Positions 53,510-64,000 of a stretch of DNA of 64,000 nucleotides are shown here, piece by piece. The notes under the pieces were generated by a model. It was not told the origin of the DNA. It ran no database searches and saw only the letters and a program-made list of their open reading frames with translations. Numbering within the stretch: the stretch's first letter is position 1; every line of letters starts with the position of its first letter. The DNA comes from Trypanosoma brucei (Eukaryota), in assembly GCA_000002445.1 (NCBI GenBank), contig CP000071.1:1216001-1280000 (forward strand), in the 5' to 3' direction. A program made the translations under genes and the position numbers.

Positions 53510-55435
53510 TTACGTGGAGGATCCCCAAGCAGCATCATATGTCTCGAGTAGCCACTCCAGCTCCATGCAGCTCAAATCCGCACACACGGCACCACTAAGT
53601 TTCTGCAATTGACTTTCCACGTGTAATAAATGATGGCAGCCACCGCAGGAGCAGCAGCTACAAGCCTCAAGTTGGCGCTCAGTCTCGTCGTTCGGTGCGC
53701 CATGGCGTTGCTTTACGTAATACAACAATTCAAGAGGCAACGTAAAAGCATGGGGAACGGTGAGTCGTTGAAGAGCCCACAAGGCTCTAACTGAAAGTGC
53801 CGCATCATCACAATCTTCTCCCATAGTCGAGTGATGGAGAAGGAGTTGCAATTCCTCTGTTAGCGAAGTCTCAAATACCCCGCGGTCGTCGGTGTTAAAG
53901 GAGATATTAGCCATAGTCGTCTTATACCCTTCTTCATTGTCGGAGGTTTCCTTCCAGAATATCAAACGACGCTTCACCCGGCACCTCATGGCTTCAGCGA
54001 GCTGCACACTGTCCAATAAAATATCGATAAGTCGTGGCGTATTTTCCCTTACGTCCTCAACATTACGCCCCCACTCTTGTTGCTGGGCGGACATTATTTG
54101 TGTCAAATGATGTTTCTCCACGGAAGAATACCCACCAGTGAGAAGATTACTTGACAGGCACAATTCGATAGGATCATACCGCGCTGTTATAGTCTTGAGG
54201 TTCGCAGGATCTGTGAACACGAGGTGGCCCCAGCGATCGGGGGCAAACCCAACTATTTCGGTGAGTTCTGCCGTATCCGGCTTCTCACCGGCGTGAATCG
54301 TAATCCCAAGCGGCGAACGGTTGGTAACAACCCCGCCATTCCCGTCCCGACCCCGTCGAACTTCGCTCAGTGCGGGAACGAATTCAGTAAAAGAGTTTTT
54401 GCCGCAATAACCGGAGAAATCCATTCCAGTCACCCAACATGTTCGTCTAATCACATCCCACAACCGCGACTCCACGTCTGATATGGCTGAACCGTCCACT
54501 ACGCCGGAAGTGCGGCATTCCGCGCACATTTGCCGTTCGCTTTCGAAGAAGTTTTCCAGCTGCTCGTGTTGCAGTTTCTTGGCAAGAAGCGCTACCTCCA
54601 TCGCCACTTCACCACCATGGCTTCGGTTTAGAGACACGAGAAGTCGAACATGCATTCTGTGCTGGAGATGATAGCGGAGTTTGCCCCACCACTTCAATCC
54701 CATATCCTCACTGGAAGTGCCTCCATCAAAAAATGACGGGTATAACCGCTGGAACTCGGCCCACCACTCAGTGGTTGGTGATTCACTTATAGGAAGGAGG
54801 TTTCCAGTGTCAAATGCCACCAACCCGCCATTTAAAATGTGCTGAACGGTAGAAGTAACCGCCTCCAGATATGCTTCTTTACTGACGCACTCCGAGTTTA
54901 CGGAAGCCACTGAGGCGGCAGCAGTTTTATAAAGCTTCTCCCGCAGCGATGTCCGTATCTCAAGAAGAACAATATTTTCTGCTGCAGAGTGCAGAAGCAA
55001 ATCCTGCACAGCCATCCGCGTGAATGCGAGGTTGTTTACCACCTTATATATATTATCAAACACAGTAAAGCAGTACTTCATTCGTTCGCTCGGTGAATCC
55101 AGTTGTTTGAGTCCTCCTTCTCCGCTCTTAAAATTTCGCGGATGTAGCTCTGCATCAACATCCTCTGAAGAAGTTGCATCTTCCTCGCGTTTTCCCTGCG
55201 CCGCACGTTGTAATTCTTCCATGTGAGAAAGCAGTGGAGTGCTGATACTCCCGTTGAGGTGGCAATGCAAGTCAACTTTTGGAATGGCAGAAGCATCAAT
55301 TTCATCACAACTACCAACCCTCTGCGCCCAAGCACGTGCAAAGTCATATAACCGCCCCTCCATTCCGATTTCGGTGCGTCCCAAGAAATTGGCCTCTCTG
55401 TTGAGCCGTTTATTCCAAATGGTGTGAACTAACAC
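53510..55435 (-). CDS. Adenosine/AMP-deaminase-fold (metallo-dependent hydrolase) protein, adenosine deaminase-like, with large insertions and a Cys/His-rich C-terminal tail (641 aa)
   Basis: ADA-family motifs in the correct order: VDLHCHLNGSIS (HxH...G-S), ITIHAGE (HAGE), LCLSSNLLTG (compare ADA VCPWSSYLTG) and ISFNTDDRGVF (compare ADA YSLNTDDPLIF, the catalytic Asp pair). The C-terminus is ...CSCCSCGGCHHLLH... This is a different fold from ADAT2 upstream. Confidence 0.7.
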   Translation of the reverse strand: MLVHTIWNKRLNREANFLGRTEIGMEGRLYDFARAWAQRVGSCDEIDASAIPKVDLHCHLNGSISTPLLSHMEELQRAAQGKREEDATSSEDVDAELHPRNFKSGEGGLKQLDSPSERMKYCFTVFDNIYKVVNNLAFTRMAVQDLLLHSAAENIVLLEIRTSLREKLYKTAAASVASVNSECVSKEAYLEAVTSTVQHILNGGLVAFDTGNLLPISESPTTEWWAEFQRLYPSFFDGGTSSEDMGLKWWGKLRYHLQHRMHVRLLVSLNRSHGGEVAMEVALLAKKLQHEQLENFFESERQMCAECRTSGVVDGSAISDVESRLWDVIRRTCWVTGMDFSGYCGKNSFTEFVPALSEVRRGRDGNGGVVTNRSPLGITIHAGEKPDTAELTEIVGFAPDRWGHLVFTDPANLKTITARYDPIELCLSSNLLTGGYSSVEKHHLTQIMSAQQQEWGRNVEDVRENTPRLIDILLDSVQLAEAMRCRVKRRLIFWKETSDNEEGYKTTMANISFNTDDRGVFETSLTEELQLLLHHSTMGEDCDDAALSVRALWALQRLTVPHAFTLPLELLYYVKQRHGAPNDETERQLEACSCCSCGGCHHLLHVESQLQKLSGAVCADLSCMELEWLLETYDAAWGSST

Positions 55436-56379
55436 GGTTGTATTTGGTCAAACAGTTTAATAATAAATGTTCCCTCCTTCGATCACCTTCACCTTCAATG
55501 CTCACTGGTTGTGCGATATCAAATGATCCACTTTTCGCCAATGTTTATGTGTAGGACCCCTCTGCGTACACCTGTTCCGCCACTGCAGGAAGAGGAACAA
55601 TGCTTTAAAAAAAAAAAAGCAACAAACCGCTCACGCGATACCACGCCTCAGTTTTTAAGAGATGTTGGAAGCGGGACAAAGACAAAACACGGGAAAGAAG
55701 GGCGGATGTTTGGGTAAGCACTAACGCGAGGTACGGCAGTGTACGGCCGGCAAATTCCGAAGGGAAGTGATCGCATATCAACTGTAACAAAACCTGGTGG
55801 TGGCACTTCTTTTAGAAATAGCACAGTCCACCACGAAGAATGTTAAGAAAGAAGTGTTAGTGATAAGCGATGGGCAGTCAGTCGAACCAAAGCTGAAGCA
55901 GAACCGATGGAAGGAGGACCTGAGGAGACAACATTAACAATACCACCGACTACCCCCATCCCCCCACAACATCGGGGTAACTTTTAATATGTGCACGACG
56001 GCAAAAAAAAAAAGGGGGGGGGAAATTGTGAACATTGAGACAAAACCTATGTGCCACCAACGCTTAAACCCCACTCTTTCCCTTCATTTCATTTCCGCTC
56101 CATCCACCTTCCACAGAAACCGCCTCGTTCAGTAATCTCAGACCCCCTCCTTCTTCTTCCTCTCCTCCCTCTCCATATTCTTTCTTACCCACCCTTCTTT
56201 CTCCCCATCCATGTTTCGTTGTATCACCTTCTTCTCTTTCACACGCATTCATATTTCAATACCATCGCTCCTTTTCCTCTCCATCCCCATCCCTCTCACC
56301 TCCAACCTCACGCCCTTTTCTCCTCTTTTTTCTTTTTATTCTTTGCTTGTTTTCCAACTCCCATCACATTCATCGTTGT

Positions 56380-56754
56380 TTAGTGGCCACCGCCGCCAAC
56401 TATACGAAAGATTTGGTTCGAGATGTACCACTGACTTCCTTCCTGGGCCAAATGAAAAACATCATTGAACTTCAGAGGATGGCTCTCACCCTTCAGCAGT
56501 ACTTCACCATTCACCACGACAAGGACACCACCGCTGAGTGATGGGTGACAATCGATATCTTCTGTCTTAAAAAGTGCTTCATCAAAGCTTAGGTTGGCGA
56601 AACGGGCCATAATATTCTCACCCCCTTGGATTTGCTCACCAACCCAAGTCATGAGGGAAGTTGGGCGATACACACCAGCAAGTTGCGTGCGGTTCTTTGA
56701 GAAGAACTCGTAGTACTGACGGATGAATCCCGTTCCAATCTCTTGAAAGGACAT
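56380..56754 (-). CDS. NTF2: Nuclear transport factor 2 (NTF2), 124 aa
   Basis: MSFQEIGTGFIRQYYEFFSKNRTQLAGVYRPTSLMTWVGEQIQGGENIMARFANLSF... aligns with the NTF2 sequence I recall (..FVQHYYQLFDNDRTQLGAIY...[25 protein letters not shown]...). The size is right. Confidence 0.8.
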   Translation of the reverse strand: MSFQEIGTGFIRQYYEFFSKNRTQLAGVYRPTSLMTWVGEQIQGGENIMARFANLSFDEALFKTEDIDCHPSLSGGVLVVVNGEVLLKGESHPLKFNDVFHLAQEGSQWYISNQIFRIVGGGGH

Positions 56755-57503
56755 TGTTTGTTGTCTATTTCAGTCTGTGATTTACACCACTCTTAATGTT
56801 TGACTTCTTATTGGTCTTTTTTCCTTTTCAAAAAAAAAAAAAACAAACCTCGCTTCAATTAATTCTTCTTTTGTGTTGTTTTTAGCTTGCCTGGAGGTAA
56901 TAGCAACGGCAGCAAATGTTTAAAATTGGCGTGGGCAGAAGAAGGGAAAAGAAGCAACAACACTTACGCACTGTAGACTCACTAAAGATAACCATCACAA
57001 CAACAACTAAAATGACTCTCTCTCTCTTTCTCTTTATTTATTTATTTTTGCCTCCTTTTCCTTTAGCATATAGAACCCCCTCCCCTCACTATGCAGAGGT
57101 CATTACAGTTATCCCACCATACAAATTTAATCGAATAATAGACACACACAGTAATCATGTGCACAGCACCCACCTGCGGTACAACAACTCATTCCACCAA
57201 ATCGATCCTGCAACGTTTTCTCATCCTTCAATTCTCTCATTGCCTCTTTCTTTGATTTTACTGCTTGCTAGCGCTCACAACATAAGGACAAGAGCAGCGC
57301 TTTTGGATTAACCGTGCATCCCCACTCGTCACGGTTTGTTACCAACGAACATGGAACTATAAATAACCTCAACCACCGTCTCACAATGAAAAATAAAAAA
57401 CGGCAACGCGAGCACCTGAAGCTCTATCGGCCATTCTTACTTTTGTATTTGTGTGGGTTTATGTATGAAAAAGAGGAATGAAATAATGTCTGCTTGTCAC
57501 CAC

Positions 57504-58079
57504 TCATTCCTTTCTGTGCCGGTTCTTTGGGTTTGCGTACTCTTCTATTGATAACCAACCATTTGCTTCTGCTTCAGCAAATGCCTCCGGGAATGCAGCC
57601 TTTTCCCAACGGAGGTAATTCACTACTTGGCGTTGCAGTTGCCGTGGATTTAATTGATAGGGATTTAACTTTCTGTCCAATGACATGGCCTTGAAATCTG
57701 TTTGGTGCTTGCGTATGAGGTTTGCCATCGTGACGGCCTCTTCTTCGCTGATACGCCTGACCTGTAGTGTTCCTTTACGTTGCTGTCGCAGTTCCTCCAA
57801 TTCATTTTCCTCTTCGAGCCGCCGTGTGGGTTGCGACGGTTCATCCACTATTTTTTTTGGTGTAATGCTCGGATCTTTTGCGAGTCCGAGACTCTTAAAG
57901 TTGCTGGAGGCGGTACTGAAGCGCTTAAAATACTTTTTGGTGAAGTAATTGTTAGATCCGGCCTTATCAATTTGGTGAAGATGGGCGAAGCGGCGCTTGA
58001 GATATTTCTTTCGTCCACTGCGCGTGATCGGAATATTTTTCTTCGCCTTCCCCTTAGGTGTCACCCTAATTCGCCCCAT
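57504..58079 (-). CDS. Basic nucleolar protein, NOP16-like (191 aa)
   Basis: Lys/Arg-rich N-terminus (MGRIRVTPKGKAKKNIPITRSGRKKYLKRR). The C-terminal block TMANLIRKHQTDFKAMSLDRKLNPYQLNPRQLQRQVVNY resembles the NOP16 block LIDYVRYMVENHGEDYKAMARDEKNYYQDTPKQIRSKINVY. Overall similarity is modest. Confidence 0.45.
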   Translation of the reverse strand: MGRIRVTPKGKAKKNIPITRSGRKKYLKRRFAHLHQIDKAGSNNYFTKKYFKRFSTASSNFKSLGLAKDPSITPKKIVDEPSQPTRRLEEENELEELRQQRKGTLQVRRISEEEAVTMANLIRKHQTDFKAMSLDRKLNPYQLNPRQLQRQVVNYLRWEKAAFPEAFAEAEANGWLSIEEYANPKNRHRKE

Positions 58080-58096
58080 GCTTCCTTCCTTCCCCG

Positions 58097-58124
58097 AATA
58101 ATAATAATAATTATTATTATAATT
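58097..58124. repeat. Palindromic (AAT)4·(ATT)3 tract
   Basis: aataataataataa|ttattattataatt read directly, immediately upstream (on the minus strand) of the NOP16-like ATG at 58077-58079. Confidence 0.7.
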
Positions 58125-60523
58125 ACTACAACAACGATTGCTGATGTCTCTGCGTTTGTCACTTTTCTTTTTGTTTTGCCGTGTGAGTTTAACTCACTTG
58201 CACCCTTCTCCCGTGTAGCAGATTAGCCGCTATTCCTTTCCCCCTTTTAATTATGCACAATAGCACATGCATAATGGGGACGAAGTGAAGTAAAAGATTA
58301 AGAAAAGAAAAAAAATTTAAAGGGAGGAGTTAAAAAAAAAAGATGTGAAATAAATGCAATGTGTGTAGTTTGTTATACACCATAACTTATTCAAAGCTAC
58401 CGCCATGCGGTTTCCCGCCATCATTTGACGGGCTTTTTTTTTTTGAGCCGCCGATTATTCGATGTTAGTTAAACATTCTTTTTTTTAAAAAAAAATCTGT
58501 GTTCAAACGCACATTCAACATCCCTGCACTCTGTGTTTTCTCCCGCTTTCTCATAACAACCACTAGTGGACCCACTGAAGAAAAACAAAATAAAAATAAG
58601 AAAAAGGAAAAGGAAACGAACAACAACAACAATAATAATAATAATACATAATTTCCCCCCTTAAAAGTAGTGTGTCGCCAACACTAATAATTGAGGTAAC
58701 CGTATCTATCACATAGATAATGTTACTGCAATATGAGAAGGCGAAAAAAAGAAAAGAAAGAAAGAAAGAAAAAAGTGTCGAGAACAGCAATTCAATGCAA
58801 TGCAAAGTAGTCGATCGTGTAGCACGCGGCAGCTGAGTGACGAAAGACAAGGTGTAATAATAATAATAATAATAATAATGACAAATGAAATATTTCATAA
58901 AATGAAAAAGAAAAGAAAACAACAACAACAAAAACAAAAAGGATCACTGAAGAGACGAGCAGGCGCTTTCACATGCTTTCACAATTGCATGAAAATATTA
59001 ATACAAAAACAAAACAAACAAATAAATATATACTGAAGACTTCTTTCAGTATACGTGATCACATGACATAAACCAATTAACAACGAGTACCTCAAAACAA
59101 GAAAAAGAAAAAAAAAAGAAAAACGAAAGCTGTAAAAGTGTGCAGCCAAGTAAAGAATTTATTCTATACTTTTCTTCTCTTTTTGGAAAATGTATAAGAG
59201 GAAGGAAAAGGGAGTCGGGGAGAGGGGAAGTGAATTAAAAGAAGTGACAACGAAACAAACAAAAAAAAAACAGCAACACAGTATACCCACTGTGAAGGTG
59301 AAATATGTTACAAAACAATAATAATGACAACAACAGGCTGCGAGTGAGTTCCCCTCCATCATCCTTTAAAAAAAAATGAATAATTTCATGCAGCAGAATT
59401 CAACCCAAAAACATATTTGTTTTCTTTTTATTTTGGATTTCCCCCTCCAGTTTCTTTCATATTTCCATGTTCCCCTTGTTGGTAAAACTCTGCACATGTT
59501 CATTATTTTGTTTTGTGTCATTGGTCGGAAAAAAAAACGCAAATAAGTCAAATAATCCCCTATCTCCTGAAAAAAAAAAGAAAACAGAACTTCAAGATGA
59601 GAAATAAAAGAAACGGTGGGGTAAAACGGAATGGAAGCCACTAAAACCCTCCCCCCTTTTTTATCATCGCAGCCAATAGAGCAAACAGACAAAAGAAAAC
59701 ATGGAAGGAAACGAGACATAAAAAAAAAACAAAAAAAAAAAATAGCTTCAATATTCATTTGCGCATGCAAACAATACAGGCGCCGCAAGTCTTTCTTCAC
59801 GTGGTCTCTTCTTCCCTTCCTTTTTTTTTGCAATATAAATTCTCTTCCCCTCTTCCTCCTATCAATGTACCCAAAGCAAACAAACACACAAATAAACAAA
59901 CACGTATATGGCATCAATAATATATATATATATATATGTATATTCATTTACACTGACACATATTTATATATGTGGATACAGATATATGCATGTATATATA
60001 AATATGTATATGTATATTCATGTGCTTGCGTGTAGTTTTTTTTAAATAAAAAACATATTTATACCCCTTCATCTTTTAATATATATATATATATTTGATC
60101 TGACCCTTCAGTTCTTTCAGGTCATTTTACTCAGTTAAACAATGTAAAAGATGAGCATCTCAACACCTAATGCCTTCCCTTTACTTTTCCCCCTTCACTT
60201 TAACTTTTTGCGTCTCACAAAGAACATACATTAGCATTAGGGGACAGCGGTACAACAACAACAACAACAATAATTAAAAAAACCCGCTGCCAATATGGTC
60301 AACTAACTAACCAACTAACCTTAAGAAAAAAAAAGAGAGCAAGCGCATGCCGAGAAAAAGTAGAGTGAACGAAGAAGAGAAATCCCAACAAATAATAATA
60401 CATGTATAACAATCATCATCATCATCATCATCTCGCGCATGAAACTAAGAAGAAAGGAGAACTCGAAACCTGTGGTCGTTGGAGGTTGCAGTAGCCACTA
60501 ATGATCGCGCAAACACAAGAAAG

Positions 60524-62560
60524 TTAATTGCGATAGCAACCGCGCATGGTTCGTGCTGCCTCTGCCTCTGCGTACTGCGACTGTTTCAACTGCGCTTGAC
60601 GCCGCTTAACCGCTGGGAACAAGTCAGATATGGCAGCACCCACTAAGGAATCCGCAAAGTGTGGTAACACCGTGCTGTACCTATTATTTGACTCTACCGC
60701 CGCCATGTAACGCTCGACATTTTCATGGAAACGGTTAACGACGCCGCGGTCGGACTGAGAGCAACGACGGCGGCCGCTATGAAATAATGCTCGCTGCTGT
60801 TGATGCTGATGCTGATGCAACTGGAACTGCTGCTGCCTTTGTGAAATGTCACTGAACTTCCCTAAGGCTACTTCGCCACTAATTTTCGGTATCTTCTCCT
60901 CTACTCTGCCATCTACACCCACACCAACCTCCCATGTCCCCAACCTTGTGCAGCGCCGCCACTCTGCCGATGTGTCCAGTCCATCACATGCCCGTTCTGC
61001 ATCCATGGGCATGGCGCCACTTCGCATAGAGTGATTTTCCGTCCGTCTGGCGCTTGTAGCAATCTCCGGTGTTGTGCTATCACCGCCCCTTCGGTGTTCA
61101 CATGAACTGGGTTCATGCTTCACGTGCTGCCCACGTCTCTTCCTGAGAGGGTTGCGATCTCCTCCTTTTACACGTGTGGATGCATTATAATCTACATCTC
61201 CTTGTGATGGTCGGCCCTCTTCACTGTGAGTTACCTCGTGTCTTAAGAGAGACGAGCAACTGGGTTGCTGCGGTGACAACAATGGCACGTCACACCGGTT
61301 AACCACCATACCTCGACCAAAAAAGTTCTTACTCCCCTCTTGGCGTTGGGACGGAGGCAAAATGTGCACGCCATGTCCGCTGCGATTTGTTTTTACGTTG
61401 CAACTCGCGCTCCCACTGCTGTTGGCGATGGCAAACTCTCTTCGGGTTATGGGAGGTACGGGTGAATGAACTTCGTCCTTCCGTGGAGGATACCACACCG
61501 TGTCGAAACCCATACCGAAGCTGTTATCCGCCTCGTTACTGTTCTCGATTGCATCCACTAGCAAAGTGGAATTCCACGACAATTGGCGCGCTGGGCTCGT
61601 CGTCCTCACGTTTTGTGACGGAATTGTGGTACCTAACTGTTGCCTCAGGAATCCCATCGCTTGCTTCCGTTCTTGACTTTGCACATCAAAAGAACGACTG
61701 AGTTGGTCTTCCGTTAGTGCATTTGCAAATATGTCAACGTGACTGGACCCTTGTGCCACAGGAGTGGAGCTGTAAGCCTCTCTACTCAACTCGCACCCCC
61801 ACATACCGCCACCTGCAGCCGGGTTAGACGTCATCAAAATATCCGTTGACAGCTGAACTAGCGGTGTCGGTGTGTTGGCATCGGTAGAGTGATCCCCACG
61901 AACACTAGAAACGGGAAGTGAAGTGTCCTCGTCACGTGTCGCGTTCTTCTTACCGCCTCCAGTTTCACTTCCAGATGTGTTTTTGCTTTCATACTCGCCG
62001 CAAGCATTGGACAGCTCGCCACGACGCGTCAACACACGACCAGGGACACACGCTGGAGTCTCATGCGAGGAATTGCCACCTATCTTCCAGTCCTCACAAC
62101 CGTTGCCCACTATGTGACGGTATCCCTCGAGCAATTCCTTTAACTCCTGCTCGACAGAGAGCAAATCGTTGCTGGCGCACAACGAGCCAGATGAAGACAA
62201 TGCAGGGGAATCAACGTTACCACGGCTAGCGCGTGATACTACAATCGGTTTTGTGTCAAACCGTTCGGTGGTATGAGTTACACTGATCCCTTTTTTCATT
62301 CCTGGTCGCCTCCATTCACATTGCTCCTCACGGCCCAGCTGCTCAGTACCGTGACCTCTATTGCTTGATGAGTGAAGCCGCAACTCTGGTGACGGAATTT
62401 GACACCCGTACACGCCGTCGCGGCACCACCCTTGAAGATGCTTTTCATCCTCTTCAATACGCCTTTCCATGGCGCTTTTTCGCCCTCTTATGTAGTTCTT
62501 ATCAATACTTACCTCCACTTGCACGTACTCTCTCCTCCCCTCTCGCGCCCGTTCTACCAC
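60524..62560 (-). CDS. Hypothetical Ser/Arg/Gln-rich protein (678 aa), no recognisable domain
   Basis: ORF 60524..62560(-), in the same direction as the polycistron and non-repetitive. It contains a His/Gln run (QQFQLHQHQHQQQ) and the N-terminus is Arg/Glu-rich. Confidence 0.5.
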   Translation of the reverse strand: MVERAREGRREYVQVEVSIDKNYIRGRKSAMERRIEEDEKHLQGWCRDGVYGCQIPSPELRLHSSSNRGHGTEQLGREEQCEWRRPGMKKGISVTHTTERFDTKPIVVSRASRGNVDSPALSSSGSLCASNDLLSVEQELKELLEGYRHIVGNGCEDWKIGGNSSHETPACVPGRVLTRRGELSNACGEYESKNTSGSETGGGKKNATRDEDTSLPVSSVRGDHSTDANTPTPLVQLSTDILMTSNPAAGGGMWGCELSREAYSSTPVAQGSSHVDIFANALTEDQLSRSFDVQSQERKQAMGFLRQQLGTTIPSQNVRTTSPARQLSWNSTLLVDAIENSNEADNSFGMGFDTVWYPPRKDEVHSPVPPITRREFAIANSSGSASCNVKTNRSGHGVHILPPSQRQEGSKNFFGRGMVVNRCDVPLLSPQQPSCSSLLRHEVTHSEEGRPSQGDVDYNASTRVKGGDRNPLRKRRGQHVKHEPSSCEHRRGGDSTTPEIATSARRTENHSMRSGAMPMDAERACDGLDTSAEWRRCTRLGTWEVGVGVDGRVEEKIPKISGEVALGKFSDISQRQQQFQLHQHQHQQQRALFHSGRRRCSQSDRGVVNRFHENVERYMAAVESNNRYSTVLPHFADSLVGAAISDLFPAVKRRQAQLKQSQYAEAEAARTMRGCYRN

Positions 62561-63759
62561 CCCTTACTTGTTTATTCCCTTCTGAAGAAAACAGTTTTTT
62601 TTCCCTCTTCCCCCCTTCGATTTGTTATGACGCCTATATGCTATTACTACTTCTTTCTCACAAATGATTTCTTTGATTGGTTCCGCTCACGCGTCGACGC
62701 CGAACTCCCGATGGATGTGAGCACACACACGCACACACACACAAGCGGGAGAAAACTGACGGGAAGGTCCCTTGTCTCCTCTTGATGCGGTTGCTGCCGG
62801 TTCGGACAGCTTTCGTCGGTGCACGTCGCAGCTGAAAAATTATAGGTTGGAACCGGAGGCAAATGCACCGTGAAAATGTCCTGCGAGTGAGCCAACCGAT
62901 GAGCTAAATGCAGCTACAGTCAAAAACGCTTGATGTGTCTAATATATATTATTGCTCTTTTCTAGTGGATATGACCACAGAGCTACCTATTTCCTTTTTA
63001 CCCTTTTACTGTTTCCCTCCAAAAGGCACTTTAATGAAGAGCAGTAAGTTCATTGGAGGGTAGGAAACAGGACGGAAACCCCCATAAATGTGGAACACTC
63101 AAAAAAGAAAAGTGCAAAGTAGAAGACTTATAGCCAGGTGAAGTCACACGCGTGGAAATTTGCCAAGGACGTTATGACAAGTGCCTCCTATCCATGAACT
63201 TAACTTTTCAAAAATGCTTCTCTTTTTGTTTCATCCCAAACAAATGCATAACGAGCAGACCCCTGGAGCAACAGTGTTCCAATTTGAATCTTTTATAGTA
63301 CACATGGAAACACACGAAAACGTCTCAGACGAGCTGCAGCTTGGTGGACAAAGAAGTGATATTTGGTCACCCTTCGAATACAAACCGTCTCCCAATCACA
63401 AGCACAAACACAAACACAAACACACACGTATGGGCCTCCCTGTTCACTCACCTGCATCTACATGAGAAACTCACCCACAAACCACTTGTGGACAACTCAC
63501 ACCGACAAATCGTGGTTTTATAAGTATGTTGGTGGGCGAAAACAAAACAAAATACATAATTGTACAAAGGTATGAGCCAACACCCAACCAATATAGTGGT
63601 CAGTAAGGTATCAGGAATCCACCTCTACAAACAGTGGTCAACGCATATCTCATTCCTTTCCCTCTCTAAGGGGGAACTGGAAGAGAAGTCGGGGGTGGGG
63701 TCAAGGGAAGAAAACAAAGTAAAAAGGAAACAAAAAGGAAAACACAACTTCTGAAGGTG

Positions 63760-64000
63760 TCACGAGTCTTCTCTGTACGTACAATATACGCTGTCTAACT
63801 CCTCATCACTATCATCAGTGTCCCTCATAATATTTTTGACTACCAACAACGCGGCGGCGCCAGGAAGCGATGTCCTGCTAAAGCACCAGCTAATAACATC
63901 GCGGGATTTTTCCTCTAGCACCTCAATTCGCCGCCGATCATGTTCACATTGCAACATCGTCGCCCGCCACTCATCGACCCATAGTTCCACGGCCACCTCT
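63760..64000 (-). CDS. Partial CDS (C-terminal 80 aa; the N-terminus lies beyond the window end), acidic tail
   Basis: The minus-strand frame is open from the window edge (…EVAVELWVDEWRATMLQCEHDRRRIEVLEEK…DSDEELDSVYCTYREDS*) to the stop at 63760. The ORF track's 'M' at 63996 is actually a GTG codon, so the ORF is edge-truncated. Confidence 0.35.
   Translation of the reverse strand, partial: EVAVELWVDEWRATMLQCEHDRRRIEVLEEKSRDVISWCFSRTSLPGAAALLVVKNIMRDTDDSDEELDSVYCTYREDS

Noticed and set aside
1-64000. Prokaryotic-type systems (CRISPR arrays, restriction-modification, toxin-antitoxin or defence islands)
   Set aside because: Gene structure, codon composition, (TA)n and polypyrimidine intergenic architecture, and the protein families present (DAW1, NTF2, NOP16, MRD1, a eukaryotic protein kinase) are eukaryotic and kinetoplastid. 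The short tandem repeats are microsatellites, not repeat-spacer arrays.

Overview
This window looks like kinetoplastid (Trypanosoma brucei-group-like) nuclear chromosome core, not a prokaryotic locus. I infer that from several things visible in the sequence. Coding regions are GC-balanced and sit in AT-rich intergenic spacers full of homopolymer runs, (TA)n/(AAT)n/(GT)n microsatellites and polypyrimidine tracts. Every credible gene lies on the minus strand, so the window is one directional polycistronic transcription unit. There are no introns and no bacterial-type promoters or terminators. I call about 21 protein-coding genes, two of them partial at the window edges. The ones I can recognise are: an NHL-repeat surface glycoprotein with a polyproline linker (FLA/GP72-like), a CCCH zinc-finger protein, a HEAT-repeat protein, a multi-RRM MRD1/RBM19-like protein, the tRNA adenosine deaminase ADAT2, a DAW1/ODA16 WD40 protein, a ZC3H15/DFRP1-like protein that lacks its zinc fingers, two large tandem paralogs (one with a P-loop), a TPR-like protein, an atypical Ser/Thr kinase, an adenosine-deaminase-fold protein, NTF2 and a NOP16-like protein. 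The feature that stands out most is an ORF-free, low-complexity, AT-rich tract of about 11 kb (16.1–27.1 kb). With a second tract of 3.9 kb (29.0–32.9 kb) it isolates a single 627-aa ORF. I found no rRNA, tRNA, CRISPR or recognisable mobile elements. Gene order, from the FLA-like glycoprotein to ADAT2 with six genes between, is consistent with what I recall of the T. brucei chromosome 8 FLA–ADAT2 neighbourhood. That is from memory, not a search. All functional calls are motif recognition by eye and need BLAST or HHpred confirmation.
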